From positions 9,168 through 73,167 of the IMG/VR virus record IMGVR_UViG_3300020042_009256: DNA of 64,000 nt; one strand, written 5' to 3'. The notes under the pieces were generated by a model. It was not told the origin of the DNA and searched no databases. It saw only the letters and a list, made by a program, of their open reading frames with translations. This DNA comes from a virus. Lineage: Duplodnaviria > Caudoviricetes. Shown one piece after another: positions 8,532 through 16,911 of this stretch (within the stretch, counting starts at the first letter, position 1; each line of letters starts with the position of its first letter). Both the position numbers and the translations under genes were made by a program.

Positions 8532-9094
8532 TAGATCGCAGCCTCCAACGTGCTTACCCGTAACTCAATAGTACTAGCACTAACTGGTGTATAAGCATTA
8601 CGAGTTTCAATTTCTGCGTAAAATATATTACTATTTGTTGCTAATTTAAGTAGCCGTCCTGGGTAATCCAACTGTGTGTATATTGTGCTACCAAGATCTT
8701 GTGGGGTTGTTAACTCAAGGTAACCCATATACGCAGCACGGTCAGCACTTGTTAAATCAAAAGGTGCATTATCTGCTATTGCTGTAGGAGTTGCGTTGTA
8801 CAGATGCACGCGGAAAGCGCCCATGCCAGCAGGCACAGTGTTATCACTAAAGATTAATGCTGTAGATTGAATCAATATAAAACCACCAGTGGGCCCAATA
8901 CCACTTAGTGTAATAATTGCACTGCCAGTAGTGCTTCCTACAACATCTCCCGCTGTATAGGCAGTGGTATTGCTCGGCCGAGTAATAGTAGAAGTAACTC
9001 GGTACGCATTGCCATCAACGGTAAGCGGTTGTCCGCTAACGGCAGTAACTTTAATTACTTCGTATAACTGAGAATTTTCTCTTACTAACGGCAT
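8531..9094 (-). CDS. virion structural protein upstream of the fibre
   Basis: TITRPSNTTAYTAGDVV motif, Thr/Ala-rich; coupled to the fibre gene. Confidence 0.6.
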   Translation of the reverse strand: MPLVRENSQLYEVIKVTAVSGQPLTVDGNAYRVTSTITRPSNTTAYTAGDVVGSTTGSAIITLSGIGPTGGFILIQSTALIFSDNTVPAGMGAFRVHLYNATPTAIADNAPFDLTSADRAAYMGYLELTTPQDLGSTIYTQLDYPGRLLKLATNSNIFYAEIETRNAYTPVSASTIELRVSTLEAAI

Positions 9095-9323
9095 GGTATT
9101 TAACTATTTTTTTAATTCTAACAGAAGTTGATCATAAGTAAAAGCTTTGTATTGATGCCTTAAAATAATAGAAAGTATCTGTGTTGGCAAAGTGCAAATT
9201 CGTTATATCAATGATCTTGGTGATGGAACTTCTGGCTATGCTGACTACAGTTCATGCATCAATGGACTGGGAAAAAATCTCTAGGTAAGCTTTGGTAAAC
9301 TAGATAGATAAAGGTATTTGACT

Positions 9324-9878
9324 ATGTATACCCCCGGTCCTCAACAGTATCAAGTCGCTAAAACTCCCCAGGTTCAACAGGTTCCTCAACCCCAGGACAA
9401 ACCCAAGGCTCCTGCTAAGTCAAAATCCAACGGGGACATTGGTGCTTTTATTCAGCAGTGTATTTCTCTTTGTGCTCACCTAGAGGAACTAAGGACACAA
9501 GCACACCTTATACATTTAAACTATGAGGCCCCGAATTTCTTTGGTGTGCATGTATTTTTAAAAGAACAATATGAAGCACATCAAGATCAGTTTGATAAGT
9601 TAGGTGAGTTCATACGGTCTATGGATTATCTAATGCCTATGTGTGCCAAGGGGTTGGCTGATAACTGTCCTGAATTTAAGAATGTTACTAGCTATAAAGC
9701 AAACGATATGTTGATTACGTACTATAAAAACTTAGAAGATTTTGCCATGCGTTGCAAAAAAGTAGAGGCACTTGCTGCCAAAGCACACGCTATTGATATC
9801 CAAAACTATATTGCAGAACTTGCAGGGGAAATTTTTAAAGCTGCATGGATGGTTAAAGCTACGTTACGTAATAGCTGA
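9324..9878 (+). CDS. dps: Dps / ferritin-like DNA-protection protein
   Basis: HLNYEAPNFFGVH-x14-D-x3-E gives the Dps ferroxidase ligands with the same spacing as E. coli HWNMRGANFIAVH..DTMAE. Confidence 0.85.
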   Translation: MYTPGPQQYQVAKTPQVQQVPQPQDKPKAPAKSKSNGDIGAFIQQCISLCAHLEELRTQAHLIHLNYEAPNFFGVHVFLKEQYEAHQDQFDKLGEFIRSMDYLMPMCAKGLADNCPEFKNVTSYKANDMLITYYKNLEDFAMRCKKVEALAAKAHAIDIQNYIAELAGEIFKAAWMVKATLRNS

Positions 9879-11389
9879 TGGCTGATCTTAAATCTATTCG
9901 TCAAAAAGTTGATAATCTACTTACTGATTATTTACGTAATACCACAACAGATCAGGAAATTCTTGATTTTTATGGTGAAGGAAATATTATTGGACGCAAA
10001 GGAATAGATCCTAATACGGTTGTTGACGAGGCAGTTAATGCGTATAAATTACCAGGAGAAAGACCACATATTAAACGTGAAATTCCTAAGTCCAATGAAC
10101 TGTTTGGGTTACCTGGCGGCAAAGCATCTATTGTTAATATAAACAACGCTATTGACCCAAGGACCGGAAATCCTTGGCAGATGAAATTTGAAACATTACC
10201 CTTTCCAGCAGAAGGAACGCCTACAAGTGCTGCAACTCGTTTTCTAAAAGACTTTCGGGTTCCTACTGGGACAGCTGTTGACTATGGTTTTGAGACTGCG
10301 CCAAATGTTAAAGATGTTAATGCTGTGGATATCAATGAATTAATAAACGATCCAAGGAATTATAAAAATGCTCGTGGTGCTTATTTAGCAGAAGACGCAG
10401 GCACTCCACTTTCAGAATCTGGACCATTAACTAATTATGCAAAAGAAGAACTTGAAAGAATAAAAGGAAGATCTTCTGCAATAACCCGACCCAATGGACA
10501 GCTGGTAACACCACAGTACTGGGGTTCACGCGGATTTGAAACACCTGATAAATTAAAACAAGCAACACTTGATACTTTTAAAGAACAAATTTCACAAACT
10601 GAAAAACCTTTCGGTTCTGTTTCACAATTAACTCCTGTAAAAGAAAACGCAAAAACACTTCGACCGGGAGGTGATGCTGACTGGAGAGCTAACGTATATG
10701 AAAAGGCTGGCTTGGCAGGGCCAATGACAGACGTGCATGTTGCCGGTGCTTATGGAGGATCTTCTGGTAACGTGCAAATGTTTACCAAAGGAAAAGACAG
10801 ATTACTTCCAATTCAACCATACACAGAGTTTTATGGATTTGATCCATCAAAACCAAGTGCTTTAGGTACTGCTCCAGCACCAGATTTTACACCTTTTCAA
10901 AAAGCTGTTGGCACTAGAAACTATTTAATTGGTAAGAATATTTTAGCAGGCCGTGGATCCTTGGGTGCACCGGTACGTGCTGTACAAGCAACGCCTTCCG
11001 CTCTACGTTTGTCTGTTAAACCAGCAACTAAAGCGTTGTTAATTGACGCAGGTATTAACTACGTTTTGGGTGCGTCCCCACAAGAAGCAATTGTTACTGC
11101 AGGAACTGATTTAATTAGTGCTGAAAGTTTAGGTGGTGCACAAACAGCAGCAATTGAACGCATGGGTCCTAGAGGAGAGTTTGTAGACACACGCAGTAAT
11201 ACTGTATTGGGGCCTCAAGGTGCTTATACAAAAACAGGTATTGCTTATAAAAACGGCAAGCCTATTGTTGTTCCCAGGGGTTCTGTTGCTGGTGAAGGCA
11301 ATATCCTTACGCAAACTCAAGACACATTAAAAAATGCTGCTAGCGTTTGGCGTAAACGGTTAGGTGCTCTTGGTATTTTTGGTCGTTAA
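9878..11389 (+). CDS. 503-aa hypothetical protein
   Basis: Long ORF overlapping the dps stop; no motif recognised. Confidence 0.75.
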   Translation: MADLKSIRQKVDNLLTDYLRNTTTDQEILDFYGEGNIIGRKGIDPNTVVDEAVNAYKLPGERPHIKREIPKSNELFGLPGGKASIVNINNAIDPRTGNPWQMKFETLPFPAEGTPTSAATRFLKDFRVPTGTAVDYGFETAPNVKDVNAVDINELINDPRNYKNARGAYLAEDAGTPLSESGPLTNYAKEELERIKGRSSAITRPNGQLVTPQYWGSRGFETPDKLKQATLDTFKEQISQTEKPFGSVSQLTPVKENAKTLRPGGDADWRANVYEKAGLAGPMTDVHVAGAYGGSSGNVQMFTKGKDRLLPIQPYTEFYGFDPSKPSALGTAPAPDFTPFQKAVGTRNYLIGKNILAGRGSLGAPVRAVQATPSALRLSVKPATKALLIDAGINYVLGASPQEAIVTAGTDLISAESLGGAQTAAIERMGPRGEFVDTRSNTVLGPQGAYTKTGIAYKNGKPIVVPRGSVAGEGNILTQTQDTLKNAASVWRKRLGALGIFGR

Positions 11390-11640
11390 TCTATCCAGTG
11401 TTCTAGCCTGTGGCAGTTGCAGCAAAGCGGAATACACTTCTCAATTTCTTTTTGTATTCGGTCCCAGCTGTATCCTTGATTGACCATTTTGGATATGGTG
11501 AAATCTTTATCGCCTATATGGTGAAACTCAAGGACGCGATGATCGGCTAACTCACAGTGGTCGCAACTTAAAGTTTTTTTGTACGCAAGAAACTCTTGAC
11601 GATTCCGCTCAATACGTTTTCGATTCTGCGTCCAGGTCAT
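11386..11640 (-). CDS. small HNH endonuclease
   Basis: CDHC..LEFHH..IEKCIPLCCNCHRLEH. Confidence 0.85.
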   Translation of the reverse strand: MTWTQNRKRIERNRQEFLAYKKTLSCDHCELADHRVLEFHHIGDKDFTISKMVNQGYSWDRIQKEIEKCIPLCCNCHRLEHWID

Positions 11641-11644
11641 CTAA

Positions 11645-11783
11645 GAATGTAAAGGGCGACCCCAAACTTCTGGGCGGGATACATTTAATGCAGTTATCCT
11701 AGCTGCACCCTTTATATTTTGGGACCTCCTTCTAGACTATGGGTCTAACGAGTACCCCGGCCTGATACTAATGCATAGCAGGC
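11645..11783. ncRNA. candidate structured RNA (multi-helix, possible pseudoknot)
   Basis: Five complementary segments found by hand in a 150-nt intergenic region; strand unresolved. Confidence 0.4.
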
Positions 11784-11792
11784 ACACAGTTA

Positions 11793-12464
11793 TTATACAA
11801 TTTCATTAGGTGTTTTCCAAAAGTAATCATCTTGTTCTCCAAGGCGACCCCACTTGGGGGCGTGTTCTACATCAAAGTAACGAGTGGATACTTTAAAGTC
11901 AGGCGTCTTAAGGTTGTGATTAGTCAAAGATGGGTCACACATGCGGCAACGATTGTTGGGATAAGCACCAATCTGCCCATTATTCAAGGCCACAATATTG
12001 TGGGACTTGTGCTCATCAGGGAACTCGGCAAAGTAAAAGTCAGGTTCGTTGCGGTGAGCATGATAGTTGTCAATCGTAAACAAATACGATCCTTTTTGAA
12101 TGCCTGCGCTACGGGTCATCACCTGAATTTCCATGTTGTAGATCAGGTTTTTCTCAATGACCGTCAAGCCTGTGTCAAATCCATTCCAAAATTGAAGATC
12201 AGTTAATTCAAGATCTGGTGTGGGTGGGTTGGGTTTGTCCGGATGGTCTGACTCCCAGGACAAAAACGCACTGATGGGCAGCTTGTCATACAGCGCACCA
12301 TACTCGGTTAGGTAGGTTTCAAAATATAAAGCACGACCACTGAGTGATTTACATGTAACCCAATAGCCTGGGGTGTATTCACCATGGCCATCCTGCAAGT
12401 CACGTAGGTACTCACGTCGTACCCACACTTTGACGGGCGGTACATTTGCAACAAGTGTGGTCAT
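11793..12464 (-). CDS. conserved phage hypothetical protein
   Basis: NVPPVKVWVRREYL..GALYDKLPISAF..QIGAYPNNR; the pattern recalls marine/freshwater phage proteins. Confidence 0.75.
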   Translation of the reverse strand: MTTLVANVPPVKVWVRREYLRDLQDGHGEYTPGYWVTCKSLSGRALYFETYLTEYGALYDKLPISAFLSWESDHPDKPNPPTPDLELTDLQFWNGFDTGLTVIEKNLIYNMEIQVMTRSAGIQKGSYLFTIDNYHAHRNEPDFYFAEFPDEHKSHNIVALNNGQIGAYPNNRCRMCDPSLTNHNLKTPDFKVSTRYFDVEHAPKWGRLGEQDDYFWKTPNEIV

Positions 12465-12504
12465 GAATTGTGAGTAACTGACGGAAGTCTAACTGACGCG
12501 CAAC

Positions 12505-12532
12505 AAAAAACCCTGGTTCAGGCCAGGGTAAA
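12505..12532 (-). terminator. intrinsic terminator
   Basis: Minus strand ACCCTGG-CCTGAA-CCAGGGT followed by TTTTT. Confidence 0.8.
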
Positions 12533-12539
12533 TAAACAA

Positions 12540-12600
12540 TCCACACCCGCCCCTTTCGGAGCACTCTTCTGTGTAAGGTGGAACGGACTCGACTGTCCGC
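12540..12600 (-). ncRNA. candidate structured RNA in a 3' UTR
   Basis: GCGGAC/GUCCGU hairpin, then UCCAC/GUGGA enclosing UGCUCC-GAAA-GGGGCG; the G-U pairs favour the minus strand. Confidence 0.45.
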
Positions 12601-12614
12601 GTAGAAAGTTTAAC

Positions 12615-12782
12615 TTATTTTTTCTTGGGCGGCATAGCTTTCTTAGCTGGCACTGCTCCCTTCTTGGGAGGCACTGCACCTTTCTTAGGCGGTACAGCTT
12701 CTTTCTTGCCACCTTTCTCAGGGGCTGCTTTACCGGCGGGGACCATACCTTTGCCGGGAACAAACTTTTTACCTTCAGCCAT
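12615..12782 (-). CDS. 55-aa Lys/Pro/Ala-rich histone H1-like peptide (below the ORF cutoff)
   Basis: MAEGKKFVPGKGMVPAGKAAPEKGGKKEAVPPKKGAVPPKKGAVPAKKAMPPKKK; TATAAT box 23 nt upstream. Confidence 0.8.
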   Translation of the reverse strand: MAEGKKFVPGKGMVPAGKAAPEKGGKKEAVPPKKGAVPPKKGAVPAKKAMPPKKK

Positions 12783-12817
12783 GGTTAAAAATATATCTTT
12801 TGTAATTATAGATTGAA

Positions 12818-13027
12818 TTACTTACTCTTGTAACGTTTGGCTGCACGTGCTGCACGACCTGCTTTCTTGGCGGCATCTGTGTTGGAAACAAATTGTTTTC
12901 CTTCACGACTAGCAGCGCGTTTCTTTTGATCTGTCTCTTGACGTTCTTTTTTTGACAATGAGGCCCAAGCTTTTTCTGGTAGGTAACGTTTGGTATATCC
13001 ACCTTGTATAGCCTTATCACTTGCCAT
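12818..13027 (-). CDS. small basic protein, C-terminal half of a DUF5872-like domain
   Basis: RYLPEKAWASLSKKERQETDQKK..GKQFVSNT; family name from memory. Confidence 0.7.
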   Translation of the reverse strand: MASDKAIQGGYTKRYLPEKAWASLSKKERQETDQKKRAASREGKQFVSNTDAAKKAGRAARAAKRYKSK

Positions 13028-13298
13028 CTTTATACCTCTTGGCTGCAGCTTTAGCTTTACCGCGTTTCTCGTACTCGTCTTTGGTTTGCCACTTTTCTTT
13101 ACCCCACTTCTCTAAAGATTTCTGTTCTTCTCCCTTGCCTCCTTTGTATCCACCGCCTGCCTTTTCGTATTCCTGGGCCACAAGTTGAGCCTTGCGTGCA
13201 GACCACTGACCTGGCTTACCCCCTTTGGAGCCAGCCATCACACGATCTTTAATGTTCTCGCGTAACTCAGGTTTTGTATATTTATTTTCCTGAGACAT
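13017..13298 (-). CDS. small basic protein, N-terminal half of a DUF5872-like domain
   Basis: YTKPELRENIK..GGKPGQWSARKAQLVAQEYEKAGGGY; family name from memory. Confidence 0.75.
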   Translation of the reverse strand: MSQENKYTKPELRENIKDRVMAGSKGGKPGQWSARKAQLVAQEYEKAGGGYKGGKGEEQKSLEKWGKEKWQTKDEYEKRGKAKAAAKRYKDGK

Positions 13299-13336
13299 CA
13301 GGATTGTTTTCTTTTTCCTTTAGTATTTTAACTCAG

Positions 13337-13540
13337 CTATTGGTTGGTGTTACGCTCTTGAGCTTTATGAAATTTCTCCATAATGTCTTCAATTTGCTCC
13401 AGGGATTCGAGCCGCATTAAGATATCGGAAAGGGTGTTGATGGTAATAGGGTGTTCAGCGCGAGCAGCGAATGCCAACGCATCACGTAAGCAATCGGTAG
13501 CTGCGTGCACGGATTCTTTTACTTGATTTGAAAGCGCCAT
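13337..13540 (-). CDS. conserved cyanophage-type hypothetical protein
   Basis: MALSNQVKESV..LRDALAFAARAE; likely start ATG 13540. Confidence 0.65.
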   Translation of the reverse strand: MALSNQVKESVHAATDCLRDALAFAARAEHPITINTLSDILMRLESLEQIEDIMEKFHKAQERNTNQ

Positions 13541-13673
13541 TTCAGATTGTTTGGGTGCTCTCAGTATAGGGCCTGCAATAAACATGTGTATCCTGTTGGC
13601 TACATTTATTATGGCAGTGTTAAAAATAAAAACAAACCGTTAAAACCGTACTTGGATTTTTGGTTTGTACTAT

Positions 13674-14402
13674 TTAATTTCCCAGGTGGATCAGCGGTAA
13701 GTTGTACAGACCAATGCGGTTGTAATCACGTAAACCAAATTCATAACAGATGTTGGTCGTATCGCAGTCCCAAGTTTTGGTCAAGGGGTTGATACCTGAG
13801 AAACGTGCGCCTTCAATAAAAGGTTCTGCGTTATACACACAGAAACAATTAAAAGTTGCGGCAACTTCTAGTCGGGGTGGCATATCAAAAATACGTGGGC
13901 CTCTAAAACCTGTATCAGATGATACAAGACGTGTTGCCCAGCTGTCATAAATCCAACGATGGTTTTGTACATCCATGGGATGCAAGCTATATGGAGATGC
14001 GATGTCATCGTCTGTAGTAAGGAGACAACTTAGCTGGTTTGCATTGTATTGAATGTCTGGTTCAATAAATAAAATTTTGTTATAAGAGGAAAGATCATCG
14101 ACCTGTTCTAGGCAGCGGTTACGTGCTTTTGCTAAATAACAAACCCTATCCTCTGCTTGAATTGAACCAAAATATGGCCAGTTCTCTGTGGAGGAAGTGA
14201 TCCAAACATTGCCTAACTGTTGTTTAAAAATTGATTGGTTCTCGTACAGGTAAGCCGGAGATTCGTCTGTTGAATCATTTTCAAATACCGATAGATCAAA
14301 AGTGATCTCTGGGTTCCTAGCTTGAAGAGCAAAAATTTGTTTCTGCCATTTTGCCAGGAAGGGTTCCCGATTCCGGATGATGGTGCAAATTAAGATACGC
14401 AT
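13674..14402 (-). CDS. GT-A fold glycosyltransferase
   Basis: ICTIIRN, VFENDSTD, LAKARNRCL, ILFIEPD (DxD variant), YDSWA. Confidence 0.75.
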   Translation of the reverse strand: MRILICTIIRNREPFLAKWQKQIFALQARNPEITFDLSVFENDSTDESPAYLYENQSIFKQQLGNVWITSSTENWPYFGSIQAEDRVCYLAKARNRCLEQVDDLSSYNKILFIEPDIQYNANQLSCLLTTDDDIASPYSLHPMDVQNHRWIYDSWATRLVSSDTGFRGPRIFDMPPRLEVAATFNCFCVYNAEPFIEGARFSGINPLTKTWDCDTTNICYEFGLRDYNRIGLYNLPLIHLGN

Positions 14403-15565
14403 TCGTCTAGCTCCTTGGATAACTCGTTAATGTCTGACGGTTTGATGAAATGGTTATTGCCAATATAAAAAGAATGGGTGTGCATCTTTTCACTATTGGG
14501 AAGAGCAATTAATGATTCATAATCTTTCATGAAGGGTTGACGTAGCAAGTTGCCAACAAGAAAAGGTCTTGTCTCAATGCCCATGTATTGGAGAAGTGGT
14601 TTTAATTTTTTAACTACTTTAGCATCTTTACAATGAAATGGTAGAGTCATTGCTGAGTTACCAAGGGGTATAGGTAAGGTATCAAACCAGGGTTTCTTGG
14701 TCATCTCCTCATAGAAAACACGATAGTTTTTATTGCGTTGAGCATTCCATCGATCTAATTTTTGTAGTTGAACAAGTCCTAGAACTGCACCTGTTTCTAC
14801 ATTGCGGAAATTGTAACCTTTGGTTGGGAATAAAAAGGTTGGATCAATGTCCGGATTGTCTGCCTTGATAATCTTTTGGTAGTCAGGTGTGGTTTCCCTA
14901 GATAAACCATGGGAGCGCTTAGCACGTAACAAATTGTAAAGATCTTTATCTTTGACGCAAACCATGCCGCCTTCAATGGTGGTCATGTGATGACCAAAGT
15001 AAAAGGAGAAGGTAGAGCCGATGCCTGTGTTACCAACTTTGACATTGGTTTTTTGGTCGCGGGCACCATGGGATTCGCAACAATCTTCCAAGATGATTGT
15101 GTTGGGCCACAGTGCTGCAATCCGCCCCATGTCATTGGAGATTCCTAAGATGTGAGTTAGATAGATAATGTCTGGTACTAGTCCCTTCTCGGAAAGAGCA
15201 GTTACTGATTCAACGGTTGGGCTATAGGTTTCGTAGTCAATGTCATAAAAATACACATTGTGTTTTTGCTGGCAGAAGGTTGAGATATTTGTTGCCCAGT
15301 TAATGGCTGGTGCAAAGATTGTTAACTTTTCTTTTGTTGGAAAGTGTTTTTCTTTTACGGCATCTAGGAGGAGGAAGTTTGCTACGGAACCGTTGGCTAC
15401 ATACAGGGAGTATGGGGAGCCTTGCCACTTACTCCATTGCTCTTCAAACTCCCGACACTTGGGGCCATTGGTAAAACGATCACTGGTTGCAATAAATTTG
15501 ATTAGTGCCAGGCGCTCTTCTAGGCCTACGGTATTTTTTTGAAGAGGCCAATTAAATTTAGACAT
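14390..15565 (-). CDS. colD: PLP-dependent DegT/DnrJ-family enzyme of ColD type (GDP-4-keto-6-deoxymannose 3-dehydratase)
   Basis: ILEDCCESHGA and SFYFGHHMTTIEGG: His replaces the Schiff-base Lys as in ColD; 391 aa; adjacent to gmd. Confidence 0.75.
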   Translation of the reverse strand: MSKFNWPLQKNTVGLEERLALIKFIATSDRFTNGPKCREFEEQWSKWQGSPYSLYVANGSVANFLLLDAVKEKHFPTKEKLTIFAPAINWATNISTFCQQKHNVYFYDIDYETYSPTVESVTALSEKGLVPDIIYLTHILGISNDMGRIAALWPNTIILEDCCESHGARDQKTNVKVGNTGIGSTFSFYFGHHMTTIEGGMVCVKDKDLYNLLRAKRSHGLSRETTPDYQKIIKADNPDIDPTFLFPTKGYNFRNVETGAVLGLVQLQKLDRWNAQRNKNYRVFYEEMTKKPWFDTLPIPLGNSAMTLPFHCKDAKVVKKLKPLLQYMGIETRPFLVGNLLRQPFMKDYESLIALPNSEKMHTHSFYIGNNHFIKPSDINELSKELDECVS

Positions 15566-15608
15566 AACCCAAAATCCTTTTATAAACTATAGTGTAAAAA
15601 ACAATTAA

Positions 15609-16637
15609 ATGTACATGAAACGGGCATTGGTTACTGGAGTTACCGGTCAAGATGGATCTTATTTGGCTAAGCATTTAATTGATGAGGGTTATCAAGTTTG
15701 TGGTATTGTCAGGAATCACACACAATCCAATCAATTGCAGCGATTGAGGTGGATATTTTCTGGTGACTTGCCTCAGGAATTGAGCCTTGAGTATTCGGAT
15801 TTGACTGATGCTCCCTCATTGAACAGGATTGTCCAGTCTTTCGAGCCGGATGAAGTCTATAACTTGGCTGCCCAAAGCCATGTTGGTGTCAGTTTTATGT
15901 CACCTGTCAGTACCGCAACGGTAAATGCACTGGGGGTCATGAATGTTCTGGAGGCTTGCCGTGCTGCGTCAACAAAACCAAAGTTTTACCAGGCTTCAAC
16001 CTCGGAGATGTTTGGTAAGGTACAAGAAGTTCCGCAAAATGAAGAGACTTCCTTCTATCCAAGGAGTCCTTATGGGGTTGCAAAGTTGTTTGGATATTGG
16101 TTGACCATCAATTACCGCGAGAGTTATGACCTATTTGGTGTTAATGGAATTCTTTTTAATCATGAAAGCCCCATTCGTGGTGACAATTTTGTAACTAAGA
16201 AGATTACCAAGGGATTAGTTTCTGTTTTACGTGGTAAGCAACCAGTACTTGAGTTGGGGAACTTGGAAGCCAAGCGTGATTGGGGTCATGCAAAAGACTA
16301 TGTGCGGGCTATGCATTTGATATTGCAGCACCCTACGCCTGAAGATTTTGTTATTGCTACTGGTATCCAACATAGTGTCCGGGAGTTTTGTGAAATTGCA
16401 GCGGAACACTTGGAGCTTGGCTTGGAGTGGCAAGGTGAGGGTGTTGATGAAATTGGTTACAGCACAAAACTTAACAAAGTTGTAATTAAAATTAATCCTG
16501 CGTGCTACCGCCCAACAGAAGTTGATACCTTGCTGGGAGATAACACCAAAGCACATGCTGTCCTGGGGTGGAAGCCAACAATTCCTTTTGAGAATATTGT
16601 GAAAGAAATGTTGGCTTACGATCTAGAAACGGTCTGA
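15609..16637 (+). CDS. gmd: GDP-mannose 4,6-dehydratase
   Basis: ALVTGVTGQDGSYLA, YNLAAQSHV, FYQASTSEMFG, PRSPYGVAK, LFNHESP, RDWGHAKDYV. Confidence 0.97.
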   Translation: MYMKRALVTGVTGQDGSYLAKHLIDEGYQVCGIVRNHTQSNQLQRLRWIFSGDLPQELSLEYSDLTDAPSLNRIVQSFEPDEVYNLAAQSHVGVSFMSPVSTATVNALGVMNVLEACRAASTKPKFYQASTSEMFGKVQEVPQNEETSFYPRSPYGVAKLFGYWLTINYRESYDLFGVNGILFNHESPIRGDNFVTKKITKGLVSVLRGKQPVLELGNLEAKRDWGHAKDYVRAMHLILQHPTPEDFVIATGIQHSVREFCEIAAEHLELGLEWQGEGVDEIGYSTKLNKVVIKINPACYRPTEVDTLLGDNTKAHAVLGWKPTIPFENIVKEMLAYDLETV

Positions 16638-16647
16638 TACCAAGGGG

Positions 16648-16800
16648 TTACAGGTCAACACGTATGTAGTCAAGGCCTTCTTCCTTGAGTTGTTGTTCGT
16701 GTTGATCTGCTTCTTCTTCTTCGTAATCATCAAATGCCATCTTTTCAAATCCTTCGGGACGGCTCTCGCCATAGTAAAAACGTATTAGTTTGCAAGTCAT
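16648..16800 (-). CDS. 50-aa acidic peptide (below the ORF cutoff)
   Basis: MTCKLIRFYYGESRPEGFEKMAFDDYEEEEADQHEQQLKEEGLDYIRVDL, read by hand. Confidence 0.6.
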   Translation of the reverse strand: MTCKLIRFYYGESRPEGFEKMAFDDYEEEEADQHEQQLKEEGLDYIRVDL

Positions 16801-16911
16801 CAAAAAATTGAGATAATTTATTTTTAAAGAATAGCAGTACCAATATTTTTTAGCGGAAACTACGGTTGATTGACATATGTATTAGATTGTAATCAATATA
16901 CAAAACCTGAA

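Noticed and set aside
11386-11790. Group I intron carrying the HNH ORF
   Set aside because: There is no interrupted host gene (the upstream ORF ends normally and the downstream gene is convergent), and no recognisable P7 or catalytic core.
12560-12575. Hammerhead ribozyme core (CAGAAGAG resembles CUGAUGAG)
   Set aside because: U4 is not matched and no GAAA-stem III-UH follows the hairpin.
16865-16897. Imperfect inverted repeat and TTGACA upstream of the exonuclease
   Set aside because: No acceptable -10 at 16-18 nt spacing, and the repeat needs a gap in AT-rich DNA.
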